A DNA stretch of 64,000 nt from Epithemia pelagica (lineage: Eukaryota; Protista; Bacillariophyta). The stretch is from the NCBI GenBank assembly GCA_946965045.2, contig OX337238.1, positions 682,001 through 746,000 on the forward strand, written 5' to 3'. Positions 11,301 through 21,080 of the stretch are shown in pieces. The first letter of the stretch is position 1; each line of letters opens with the position of its first letter. Position numbers and translations under genes: made by a program. The notes under the pieces were generated by a model. That model was not told the DNA's origin. It worked only from the letters and a program-made list of their open reading frames with translations, and did no database searches.

Positions 11301-14130
11301 CGTCAACAGCTGTCACAACATTAGTATTGCAACCAAAAATTTGGCTTGCATGACAATTGTGAATATTGACAAATGCATCATGGTGTTTTCAATTTGCTTT
11401 CAGTGTGAACAAGTGTCTGGATTGATCATTGCCTTTCCAATCAAACCACTTTGTTGAATCTTCCGAAAACTTCAACTCTGTTTTTTTGCACTCTGCACAC
11501 GGAATATGCATACGACACTCGTCTCCTTTCTTGAAACAAGAAATAGCATGTTTTGAGCGATGCAAATTGCGTAATACTGTCAGAACAAAGGTGCCATCAG
11601 TTGTCATTCTCTTGGGATGTAAGATCTGCTGACGCATCAGGAACAATTCCATTGAATTTGTGAGTGGAACATTGAAGGATGAAGCTTGTGCCATTGGGTC
11701 ATTCTGTGGTTGTTGTTCTTGAAAAGCCATGGCTGGGAGAATGTTTTTCAATCTGGAAAGAACAAGAGCTTCACTTGTCATTGCTGTGTTGCAGTTTGCG
11801 CATCTGACAATTGATTTCCCACCAAGGGATGTTACACCAATCTTTGTTCGCAAATTCCGAATGTCTTGTTTGGAACATGGGTGGAAGGCACGTGAGACAC
11901 AAGCATCATTTACACAAGGCGGAATAGTCTCGCCATGCATATGTGTGCTCATGACCTTTGATGCATAGTCAACTAAGAGCTTCGAAAAGTGTTCTCTTGT
12001 TGCCTGATTGGCAAGTCCTTTCAATAACTTTGACCACTTTAACAACCATAAGAGAAAATGATCATGAAGCGTTTTTCTTCCTTGCTCCTCAACTGCATCA
12101 CACCACGCAAGCAAATCACCAAATAAACCTTCATCAATTTTGTTCATTCTCTTTTTCATATCCCAGCCAAGGAGATGCTCAATCGTTATTGCAATCACAT
12201 TTTCAAAGTCAATACCACACATTCCCGGGTGAATCTGTCTAATGCGAGCACAGTCAAGGATGAATTCTTGTTGATCCAAAGTTGAAGTTGTAGCTGGGTT
12301 AGGTGGAATTGCTTCACCAACCTTTTTGTTCACCATTACACGCAGTCTGAAATTTACGGCATCTTCTGGTGTAATTGTAAACATCACACTTGGCAAACCA
12401 AATTTTGCAATCATTGCTAGCATATTTTGTTGTGCTTTTCTGGCAGCTCCTGCAGTGTGTCCCATAGAAGATGCGACAGCTTTCATCTTTCTCAAAAACT
12501 GGTCACTAGGACCTGATCCCTGGGCATTTTCAAGATGGCGCTTGATGGCATCTTGAATCTGTTCGTTAGTGATTGTAGCAAATGATTCTGCTTGTGTATC
12601 ACTGGTTTGCAAATATGAATTTGAGACCATTCTTTGACGCTCAAACATATTGTGTACGACACATACAAAATCAGCATGGTGAAAAAAATTGCTTGAGTGT
12701 CGCATCAGATGCCCAAAGTAACTCATTCCGACATGGGGATTTCCATCTTTATCATTGGCACCAATCCCATAAGGAAACTGTAAAGGAAATGCCTTCAGGA
12801 GATTAGAACCTTGATAGTCTTTCAACAAGGTTTTCGAAGGTCTTGAAATCAATGTTGCATCTTTATTGTCATGGTCTACCAAAAGACGATCAAGCGTCAT
12901 TTGCATGAAATCATCCTGGGAGGAGAACCCTCCATTTTTCTGCTGAGGTTCATCAGAATCAGGGAAGACCGCCGTGATTTCAAAAACTTGCTCAACATTG
13001 GACGTTGAGGCAGGTGCGTCATCACTTTTGTCAATGACAATTGGTTTTACAAGATGTTCTGGTGGCAAATCAAAGTCATGGTACAAATGATTGTGTTGTT
13101 TCAACCATTGTAGCGCTTTTTTGACCAAATTCCATCGAACGTTTGTGCGCTGACGAGTCAAAGCTTTCTGTGTAGGTGTGAAAGGACCTGTTAAAACAAC
13201 AGCAATTTGAGGCAGAAGAGGCGATTCATTGCTATTAAGTGGCGGTTGATCTGTGTCATCATTTTCATTCATATTGTCGCTGATGCCACTATTATTGTCT
13301 TGAATGTCATTTCCAACATCACTGACATTGTCATCATCACTATCATCCATGTCGTGATCAAAAAGTTCTGTCCATCGAGCAGCAATGTCTTGGCCAGTAT
13401 GTTCACATTGTTGTTCGCCATGATTAGGAAGTGCACTGTCAGCTTGTCCTGTTGCTGACAGACACCAATTTATAACCCCATTGACAGCTTTGAGGTCATT
13501 GTAATACAAGGAGTGCCAACCCTTAATTGATTTATGTGATCCTGCCGTGAATGAAAAAACGTGTTTGTTTGTCCTCGCCGGCAAAATGAGTGCGAGTTCG
13601 ACCTCATTCAGCCATTGATGATAGCATTTTTGGGAAGTTTATCAGGGTCACTGTTCCTTTTTTTCATGTAAATGATGCAATGGTAACATTCTGAGCAACA
13701 TCCAAATCCTTCAGATTGTCCCTTTTTGATTGCATAAGAGGACGGTGAAAGAACCAAGCTTTGCAGCGGACGATACTTTCTGTTGGAATGAGAGGAATCG
13801 TAACACGTTTGTGTGTAATGTTTCTTGATCTGTTTCTGGCTCTCTAGTCCGGTACCATAGTGTGAAAAGTCAAGATTAGACTTCATGAATTTTGGTTTTA
13901 TTTTCTCATGAAGAATATCATCAATCTTCATCTGACCCAACCTTGATGAATTGATCACAGACACAACATACTTTTGGGAAAAACAAGTCTCCTTTCTTAG
14001 TCAATAGAGAATCCCGACTTGCCACTGCTCTGGCTATTCCTTTTTGGATCGAGGTGTCTCTAGCTAACATTTCTTGGTAATGCAGATCTTGCTGGTTACA
14101 ACTGGTGACAACTTAGGCCAAATGAGTATT
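8326..14130 (-). pseudogene. Helitron-family RepHel (HUH Rep + PIF1-type SF1B helicase), multiply disrupted; no C-terminal endonuclease
   Basis: Consecutive minus ORFs give VCCVCDQF, LLKAFPLQFPYG, Rep motifs FTITP, EEQGRKTLHDH and YMTCYISK, and helicase motifs GTGGSGKS, LIVDEISF, GDFTQLKPV, TVHKLQGRSI and YVCLSTV. Lesions: frameshifts ~13920, ~13610, ~11070, ~9380; in-frame TGA at 11389-11391 and 10697-10699; TAA at 9358-9360. Confidence 0.93.
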
Positions 14131-14196
14131 GTGAGAAGAGAAGTCAAAGGTAAGTGACACAGTCAGTAGATAGGTCTTCTACCTAACTGTCACGAA

Positions 14197-14455
14197 CCAA
14201 CTGACAACTACATGTGGTTTCTGTGCTAAGGCAGCTATGCATACTCTTTGGAACATGTGGTTCGTGTATTAACAAGCTCCAAAATTTTTCTGCGACCTAA
14301 CTGGCGATACGAGATTCAGAGGAATGTCTACCAACTGACCTGCATATGGGTTCTGTGCTAACGGAGCTATGCATACTCTCTGTGACATGTGGTTTGTGTA
14401 TTAGGCTGTGAAATTGTTCTGCGACCAAACTGTTGATCCGAGATTCCAAGGAATT
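14197..14455. repeat. Degenerate ~130-bp tandem duplication at the 5' end of the RepHel region
   Basis: Blocks CCAACTGAC, CTGTGCTAA, GCTATGCATACTCT, ACATGTGGTT, CTGCGACC and GAGATTC recur at 129-134 bp spacing. Confidence 0.8.
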
Positions 14456-14672
14456 AGTTTCATTGGATCACTTTTGAATGATCGCAATATTTCCTTACTT
14501 ATCATTTGCGCTCAATTCATTCGATTGCATGGAATCTGAACTTTGTGGCACCACCACCATAGCATTAGGTTAATTTGAATGTGCTGCAGAAAAGAACGAA
14601 ATGATGTAGGAAGTTGTTGTGTTTGTTCGACTTCTGTTATAGTTTTGTCGAAACCTTTGCGAAGAAAGCATA

Positions 14673-15515
14673 ATGCCCCGTCATCGTGTAGGTCTCCGTT
14701 ATCGTGCAGGGTTTTTCCCTCATCCAGGCATGCCTGGTTATCTGGTACGTACTATCATCGAGGCAGGCTGTGCGTTTAAACCTGTTGATTGTATCGTTTA
14801 TTTCAGTGAGCATGATTTTTACATCCGTCTGTGTGTCATCCAAAAGTATTCCAAGGCAATTGATGTGTTGCGATATATCGCAGAAAGGATTCGATCACGA
14901 CTCTGTGATATTCGACTTTGTCAGGAAAATGGGAAACGTATTGCTATGAAGGCTTACGTCTATGACAACGATGATGATCTCATTGACGGGGTTGTTAAAT
15001 TAAGTTTGGTGGAGGAACATCACGAATTTAGCGAACCTGATCTTCCTGAGAATTATGTGCTTTCTTCGTCAACTGAAAATTGCAAACAAGAGAGTGACAA
15101 TGGTGACGACTGGGAAGACGATGAGGATTCTTATGAGAACGACGACTCAGAAGAAGAGGAAGATGAGGAATTCAGTGAGTTGGAGGTCAATCAAGAGGAA
15201 AGCGATTCCTATGAGAACGACGACTCAGAAGAAGAGGAAGATGAGGAATTCAGTGAGTTGGAGGTCAATCAAGAGGAAAGCGATGGAGGCGACGACTGGC
15301 AAGAGCAAGAGGATGACACTGAGGAAGACGATTCAGACGGACAAGATGAAGAGGATGGCTGTTATGGCAATTGGAATGGTGATTCAGATGAGAATGATGA
15401 TTAAGATGAGAATGATGATTCAGAAGAAGAGGAACATGAATACAAGGTTAATGAAGAGAGCGACGAAGGGAGCGACGAGCAAGACGAGGAGGATGATGTG
15501 GAATATATGTTATGA
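14673..15515 (+). pseudogene. Element-internal hypothetical gene: ~120-aa globular N-terminus plus long Asp/Glu tail; premature TAA at 15402-15404
   Basis: ORF 14673-15404. The acidic frame continues after the TAA (DENDDSEEEEHEY...DVEYML) to TGA 15513-15515. The TAA replaces TCA within an 18-bp duplication. Divergent from RepHel. Confidence 0.6.
15126..15281 (+). repeat. 78-bp (26-codon) near-perfect tandem duplication encoding DSYENDDSEEEEDEEFSELEVNQEES x2
   Basis: Units 15126-15203 and 15204-15281 differ at one synonymous position (TCT/TCC). Confidence 0.95.
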
Positions 15516-15730
15516 ACGAGATATGTAAGTATCTTGGTTATTCGTAATACCAAGAGAGTAAAACTAATAGTCTATTGATTGTCTAGCGCAAGCACACATA
15601 CGGTTTGGACTCATGTTATAATGGCAGACGCATGGACGCACAGTCTTAGTATAGTTGCTAGTGTTGTGGAATCGATGAACCAAACGAGAACCATACGTTC
15701 TTGTCTCATCCATGATTTAAAGCTAGTAAC

Positions 15731-17498
15731 GGATCATGGCGGAGTGGGTATTGTCGTGTGACTACTAGCGAATAGCATCCACAGTCTGTTTGGCGGGGTT
15801 CGTGGTGGCGGTTGGTTTGCGATGGCCTTGGCTCCTGGATCGAGAGGAGCTTTCCTCTTACGTACCAGAGGAATTCCCTACTCCGTTTTTGCGTTGCCCC
15901 ACCGACAATACTGATGATATTGACAATGACAAGACTCTGGTTTTTCTTTAAGAGTGGTGCCAAACCAAGGAAGACATTTCTTGGACGATTTCTGCTTGGC
16001 CACTCGTTTCGTGTCTTTCTCGTGTTGTCGTCTTGGTGAATTGGGGCGGTGTTGGTTTTGGCTTGGAGGATCATGGTGGAGTGGGTATTGTCGTGTGATT
16101 ACAGCCAATATTCGTGGTGGCGGTTGGTTTGCAATGGCCCCGGCTGCCGGGTCGAGGGGAGCTTTCCTCTTTTGTATCAGAGGAACCCTACTCCGTTTTT
16201 GCGTTGCCCCACCGACAATACTGTTGATGTTGATAATGGCAAGACTGTGGACGATTGCGAGCATCCTTGGGACGAGGCAACCACAGTGGTAATCGTTGTG
16301 GAACCAGTGTGCCTCGTGACGACGGACGACCAAAGACGGATTCATCCTCATTGCCATCCATTTAATCAAAGTCCAATTCATCTCAAGCCATCAGTTTCTG
16401 GTCCAAGTCCATTCGTTGCTTGGGAGGTGCATCCAAACTTGCTTGTTTTGTTCTGGTTTCTTTCAAGAGTAGTTCCAAACGACTGGTTGTGGTTCCTGTG
16501 GAAGATTGACGAAGAAATTTCTTGGACGGATTCTGCTTTGCCACTCGTTTCGTATCCTTCTCGTGTTGTTGTCTTGGTGAATTGGGCTGGTGCTACTACT
16601 CGTCCTCCTCGTTGGCGTTAGGATAGGCTTGTACCAAAATGCCAATCCAAATGAGCCAAAATGCGTCCATGCGGTTGGATTCCGTACAAACTCATGAATC
16701 GTAGAATGCTTCACGGCCGTTCCTTCACCGTTGTTCGGTAGGAGTGGATACTTCCGAACTAAAGTTCCGCCTCTGTCGTGCTCACCAAATTTACGATAAA
16801 GAGAAGCGCCTCCTTACACGAACGAAAGAAATGCAACGAACGTTCGCCATGGGAGCACTTTTTGCGCGCCCATGATGTTGGTCGTCGTTGGGTGTTGGGT
16901 GTGATCGTTGGCTACGTTGATGGGCCCTCGTTTCGTTCACAATCCCTCCAACAAGATGGAGTGCTCTGATTTCCAACGATTGGTATCTCTGTGTTGCTGT
17001 GCAGTCGCTCTCTCGATCTCTTGGTCGAACAGAAGTCAACCAACCTCTGACTGAGCTATCGACGTCTCTCGTGTTCGTGTGCAAAGTCCAACAGCCAACA
17101 GCCATCACACAAGATCCTTGTCTGTCCTTGTTCACGCTTCACCTGCACTGGCGGTGTCAAAGTTGTTGTCAAACGTCGAACCGCCTCTCTTGCCATAAAT
17201 CTTTATCTTCCAAGATCCCACTATTATCATCACCATCATGTTCAAGGCCTGTAAGCTGCACAAAACTCGACCGATGATTGATCCATTCCAAAGCAGAGCT
17301 GACACAACAAATTTCGTTTCTCCGAGTTGGCCAAGGGAAACAAACCAGACATGTGCACAGTGCACTTTCCTCATTGTGATCATCCTCGTGCTTACAAACG
17401 AGATCATCCCGACAAAAAGGTGACCAATGGAGTATTTTCTTGTCCAGAAGCCGTCGAAATTTTATTCCTTCTCCCTTTGCCCTCATTGTGCGAGCCAT
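15731..17498 (-). other. Mosaic direct repeats and probable degenerate minus-strand ORF inside the element
   Basis: Block A at 15731-15936 and 16068-16246; block B at 15976-16051 and 16517-16592. B copies differ by synonymous changes (AAA/AAG, GAC/GAT, GCC/GCA) in the minus frame HEKDTKRVAKQ. An ATG-initiated Cys/His-rich ORF lies at 17169-17498. Many stops, so coding status is uncertain. Confidence 0.45.
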
Positions 17499-17593
17499 GG
17501 TAAATTCTGGGGAAGGGCGTGATTGGGCTCATTACCAGAGTGCAAGATGCTCATATCCATCGACGAGAGTAGTTACGATCGTGTGTGTCTACA

Positions 17594-18164
17594 GAGCCTG
17601 CTTTCATTGGCGGGAAAGTGATACTCCTATGTGCATCTGAATCTTAGAATGTAGAGAGCCCGCCAACAAGAAAGAGTACTCTGAGACCATAGACAAGAGC
17701 CAAAACAAGTAAGAGTAGTATCGGTCTGTTGGGTCCTAGTTCGAAAGCGGAAGTTCCCTTAATAGAGGAAATTTCGTGTGCGTCTGCGGAGCCTGCTTTC
17801 ATTGGCGGGAAAGTGATACTCCTATGTGCATGTGAATCTTAAAATGTAGAGAGCCCGCCAACAAGAAAGAGTACTTTGAGACCATAGACAAGAGGGAAAA
17901 CAAGTAAGAGTAGTATCGGTCTGTTGAGTCCTAGTTCAAAAGCGGAAGATCCCTTAATAGAGGAAATTTCTACTCCTATATCCATTTGAATCTTAGCATG
18001 TAGAGAGCCCGCCAACAAGATGGAGTTCTCTGATTTCCATACACAAGAGGCAAACCAGTGAGAGTATTGGTCTGTTGAGTGCTGCTTCCAAGGCCAAACA
18101 TCCCGTAATAGAGGAAATTTATACTCCCATGTGCATTTGAATTACAAATAGCGATGGGAGTATA
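17594..18164. repeat. Degenerate tandem array (periods ~195, ~154, ~151 bp) between two divergent element ORFs
   Basis: GAGCCTGCTTTCATTGGCGGG at 17594 and 17789; TACTCC at 17817, 17971, 18122; shared GAGAGCCCGCCAACAAG and TAATAGAGGAAATTT. Ends in an 11-bp inverted repeat (18120-18130 / 18154-18164). Confidence 0.9.
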
Positions 18165-18316
18165 CCATGAAAACATTTTTCTCGGTTCTTGAACGGTTCC
18201 AATTGGAGAAGTGTTGAGGATCGAGAAAACACGATTTTCTCGATGCAGCCTCATCTCCTCAAGCCAAGTCCAACAATCAACTCATATTTCCTTCCTCGAC
18301 AAACAACATCCGCATC

Positions 18317-19301
18317 ATGACTCCACCAGCGAAAAAGGCAAGTTTGATTGTTGCGTCGTTCTATCACTACATGGCATTCATCCATGCTCACCTTTCTTTT
18401 TTCTTCTCCTCACCAGGAAACAATCAAGAAGTTCAAGTTCACGGCAACAAAGAAGAAAGGTGTTGCTCCTTCTCCGAGTAGATCGAAGCCCAGGGTCTCT
18501 GAGATCCATTCGGAACGTTGTGGCCCTAACTCACAGTTTATTGTTGCTTACATGAAGCTCGCAGGGACCAAAACAGAGCGGTCGGGATACATGAATCCTG
18601 TATTTGATCTGATTAAAGAAAAGGAAAAGTGCCTTTTTGATGAGTTTGATGTGCGAATTCAAAAACTGTATCGTCGTCTCTCACCTGAGAAGGATGAACC
18701 GATGATGAATGGCAACCCGGACAAGTCCGGAACCGAATACCCCTGGCCGTGCGTTGTTGGATTCTGTGACGACGCTGACAATGACACAAAGAAAAAGACT
18801 CTGACCAAAAATTTGTGTAAGACCATTGCCGAGGTGATGGAGAAGAATGACAAAGAACACGGATACAATCGCACTTACAGCTACAACACTCCTGACTTGG
18901 ATCACACCGGCAATATTCCTCGCCCTTTGGATAATCTGTTTCAAGATGAAGAAGTCAATGCTCTTGTTCAAAACTACTTCGAACTCGGTGATGACAATGA
19001 TCTGTTCACCTATCTTGGTGGCGAAGACGATGGTGTGGCAGACCAGGCTTTTTCGCGTGATGAATACGGCATGTACTCCAGAAGTGCAGTGAATCGCTGG
19101 AAATACCCGACTGGTAGGCTCCAAGACAACAAAGTCGACGAGAAGGAGTCCGAAGAAACGACCCCTGAGAATTGGAACACCGCGAAATTGCGTTTTGCGT
19201 TCTGGGTCGAGAATTGGATGGCAAATGGCAAACCAAAATCCCAAATCATCCAACCCACCGTGATGTGGAACCAAACTGCTAAGCTAGCTAGAATAAGATA
19301 A
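18317..19301 (+). CDS. Intact hypothetical protein inside the element; join(18317..18337,18417..19301), 301 aa, GC-AG intron
   Basis: ATG ACT CCA CCA GCG AAA AAG|GCAAGT ... polypyrimidine tract ...CACCAG|GAA ACA joins in frame to an 885-nt open exon. Lys-rich NLS-like N-terminus. No family recognised. Confidence 0.7.
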
Positions 19302-19558
19302 TAGAAGCTATCAAGATTACGATTGAGTGTGATCCATGTTCATTGATTTAGGGCAATGTTATTCTTTATCTACGTAGCTAATTGTGATCGGTGTGCATCC
19401 TCAATCCTCAGCCCTTCGTGTGCTATGCACTGCTATTTGACACAACAAACCAATGCACTGATAGAATGAAAAAATGAGATGGAGACAAACGACACACACA
19501 CAACATAGGATTAGCTACGATGAAGCTAGCCAAATAATGAGGATAAGCTGAAAACTCA

Positions 19559-19819
19559 AAACGGCAGATTGGAGCTAAACGGCAGATCGGAGCTAAACGG
19601 CAGATCGGAGCTAAACGGCAGATCGGAGCTAAACGGCAGAAAGGCGCTAAACGGAAGGAGCTACGAGAAAACACGTAGGATTTTGTACTAGGAGGCGTTA
19701 AACGGCAGAAAGGCGCTAAACGGCAGAAAGGCGCTAAACGGCAGATCGGAGCTAAACGGCATATCGGAGCTAAACGGCAGATCAGAGCTAATCGGCAGAT
19801 CAGAGCTAAGCGGTAGAGC
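19559..19819. repeat. 18-bp minisatellite (AAACGGCAGATCGGAGCT / AAACGGCAGAAAGGCGCT): 11 full plus 2 partial units in two blocks around a 37-bp spacer
   Basis: Units start at 19559, 19577, 19595, 19613, 19631, (19649 partial), spacer 19663-19699, then 19700, 19718, 19736, 19754, 19772, 19790. Confidence 0.95.
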
Positions 19820-19829
19820 ACGTAGTAAG

Positions 19830-20040
19830 TAGGACTGATCCATGACCATTTAATATCCCGGTTTGAATTTTTAGCTTGAGCCTTCTTAGCAATGATTCTG
19901 TCTTCTTTATGTGCTGATCCCCGAGTCGCTCACACCAACTCTATGTCTTGGGTCTTGAACAAATTTTTAAACTCGGTAGCTACTAGTTCTGCGACTCAAT
20001 CTGATTCGGTTGCTAATGAATGTTCTAGTTGTCTATTTGG
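19830..20040 (-). pseudogene. Possible further accessory-gene remnant inside the element
   Basis: Minus frame reads HPNRQLEHSLATESD*VAELVATEFKNLFKTQDIELV*ATRGSAHKEDRIIAKKAQAKNSNRDIKW. Protein-like composition with two TGA interruptions; no homology recognised. Confidence 0.35.
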
Positions 20041-20570
20041 ATGCTAATTGATTGTATCTATAGAGGTCAACAGTTTAAGCTACAGTTCTACCTGTTACGA
20101 GCCACTGCTACGAGTGTCATCTTGTCGACGTTGCGGACCATCAGGATCAGGCGCAAAAGGCAATTTCGCGATGTTCCATTGAGCGATTGTGATATGTGTA
20201 CTGAAATACAATATGAGTGCCAATCGAGAGATATAAGGGCTTCTGCTTTTATCGTATACCAATATGCTATTATCAATACCACATGCATCCTGGTCAGCAG
20301 AACGAACGAAGAAAAACAAAATTCATAATATATGCTTTCCTAGTCAATTTATAATTCTTTGTTGCTGTATGATGATAATATGAATTTAACTCTGCCGTTG
20401 TAGCGATTCATGCCCGTTATCGAACACAGCAATTCTCTCTAACGTCTTGCTACCTGTTCCTACGAGCTTTCAAACAAAAAGTCTTGTTTCAGTCATTCCA
20501 GAACGGTTGGGCGTCTTACATTACTAGTAGAGATTCGTCAAGGGTAAGTCCCCACTCACATTTTACGCGG

Positions 20571-20588
20571 TTGGAGGTGCACCTCCAA
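20571..20588. repeat. Perfect 18-bp palindrome TTGGAGGTGCACCTCCAA
   Basis: Directly visible, ~200 bp inside the inferred 5' end of the element. Confidence 0.9.
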
Positions 20589-20776
20589 ATCATACCATGA
20601 CTGACCATTAAAATATTCATTGCTATATCATTGCCGTATATATTTAACCGTTTCATCAACCGCCATGTTTGCTCAATTGTACTTTTTACTCTAGTGTCCG
20701 TCCGTTTTCGGAACAGCTGGTCTTTCTGGAAATTCCCACCCCAGACCCCAAGCCTTCCGGCCCACCCGTCCCGTTC

Positions 20777-20794
20777 ATACTGAACTCAGACGAA
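20777..20794 (-). repeat. 5' terminal subTIR of the rolling-circle element, preceded by TT
   Basis: Minus strand reads TT-CGTCTGAGTTCAGTAT-GAAC. The subTIR overlaps a small GTTCA-GTA-TGAAC hairpin and matches 8249-8264 at 15/16. Confidence 0.8.
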
Positions 20795-21080
20795 TAGCGG
20801 AACTTAAGGCCGGAGCATTAAATTCGAGCATTTTTACTACTCCGATAATATTTATCGGACCAAATGTCCTCATTTCGGGCAAAATGGTTCTTATCTTCCG
20901 CAATATAACAAAAGGGTGACCCCTGAAAATTTTCTTATATCTCCCCTTTATTGTTCTAAAAATTCGGGGGGTGACTGTTCGCTTCTCTTTGGAATAGGGG
21001 GTAGGGGATGCATGTGCACCTAAAACACTAGGTAGTGGGAAGTGGGGGTGAAGGGAGCGGCCGGACCTTCCAATTTTGCA

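Larger units (their letters stand above)
8221..20794 (-). mobile_element. Helentron/Helitron2-type rolling-circle transposon, ~12.6 kb, non-autonomous (decayed RepHel), with accessory ORFs
   Basis: RepHel remnants at 8326-14130. 15/16 inverted repeat: CGGCTGAGTTCAGTAT (8249-8264) vs ATACTGAACTCAGACG (20777-20792). On the minus strand the 5' end is TT plus the subTIR; the 3' end is subTIR, ACCGCC-TT-GGCGGT hairpin (8229-8242), then ...CAATTT. No TSD. No canonical TC...CTRR ends found. Confidence 0.82.

Noticed and set aside
17594-19819. CRISPR-like arrays
   Set aside because: Units are contiguous tandem repeats without unique equal-length spacers; eukaryotic context and no cas genes.
19423-19821. 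132-aa LAPICR-repeat protein
   Set aside because: GTG start; it is just the translation of the 18-bp minisatellite.
14673-20330. Fanzor/TnpB or APE endonuclease cargo
   Set aside because: No RuvC acidic motifs, TnpB zinc finger or APE motifs seen in any element ORF.
21026-21037. CACTA-GG-TAGTG as CACTA transposon termini
   Set aside because: Only a 12-bp palindrome with no internal sequence, TSD or transposase.
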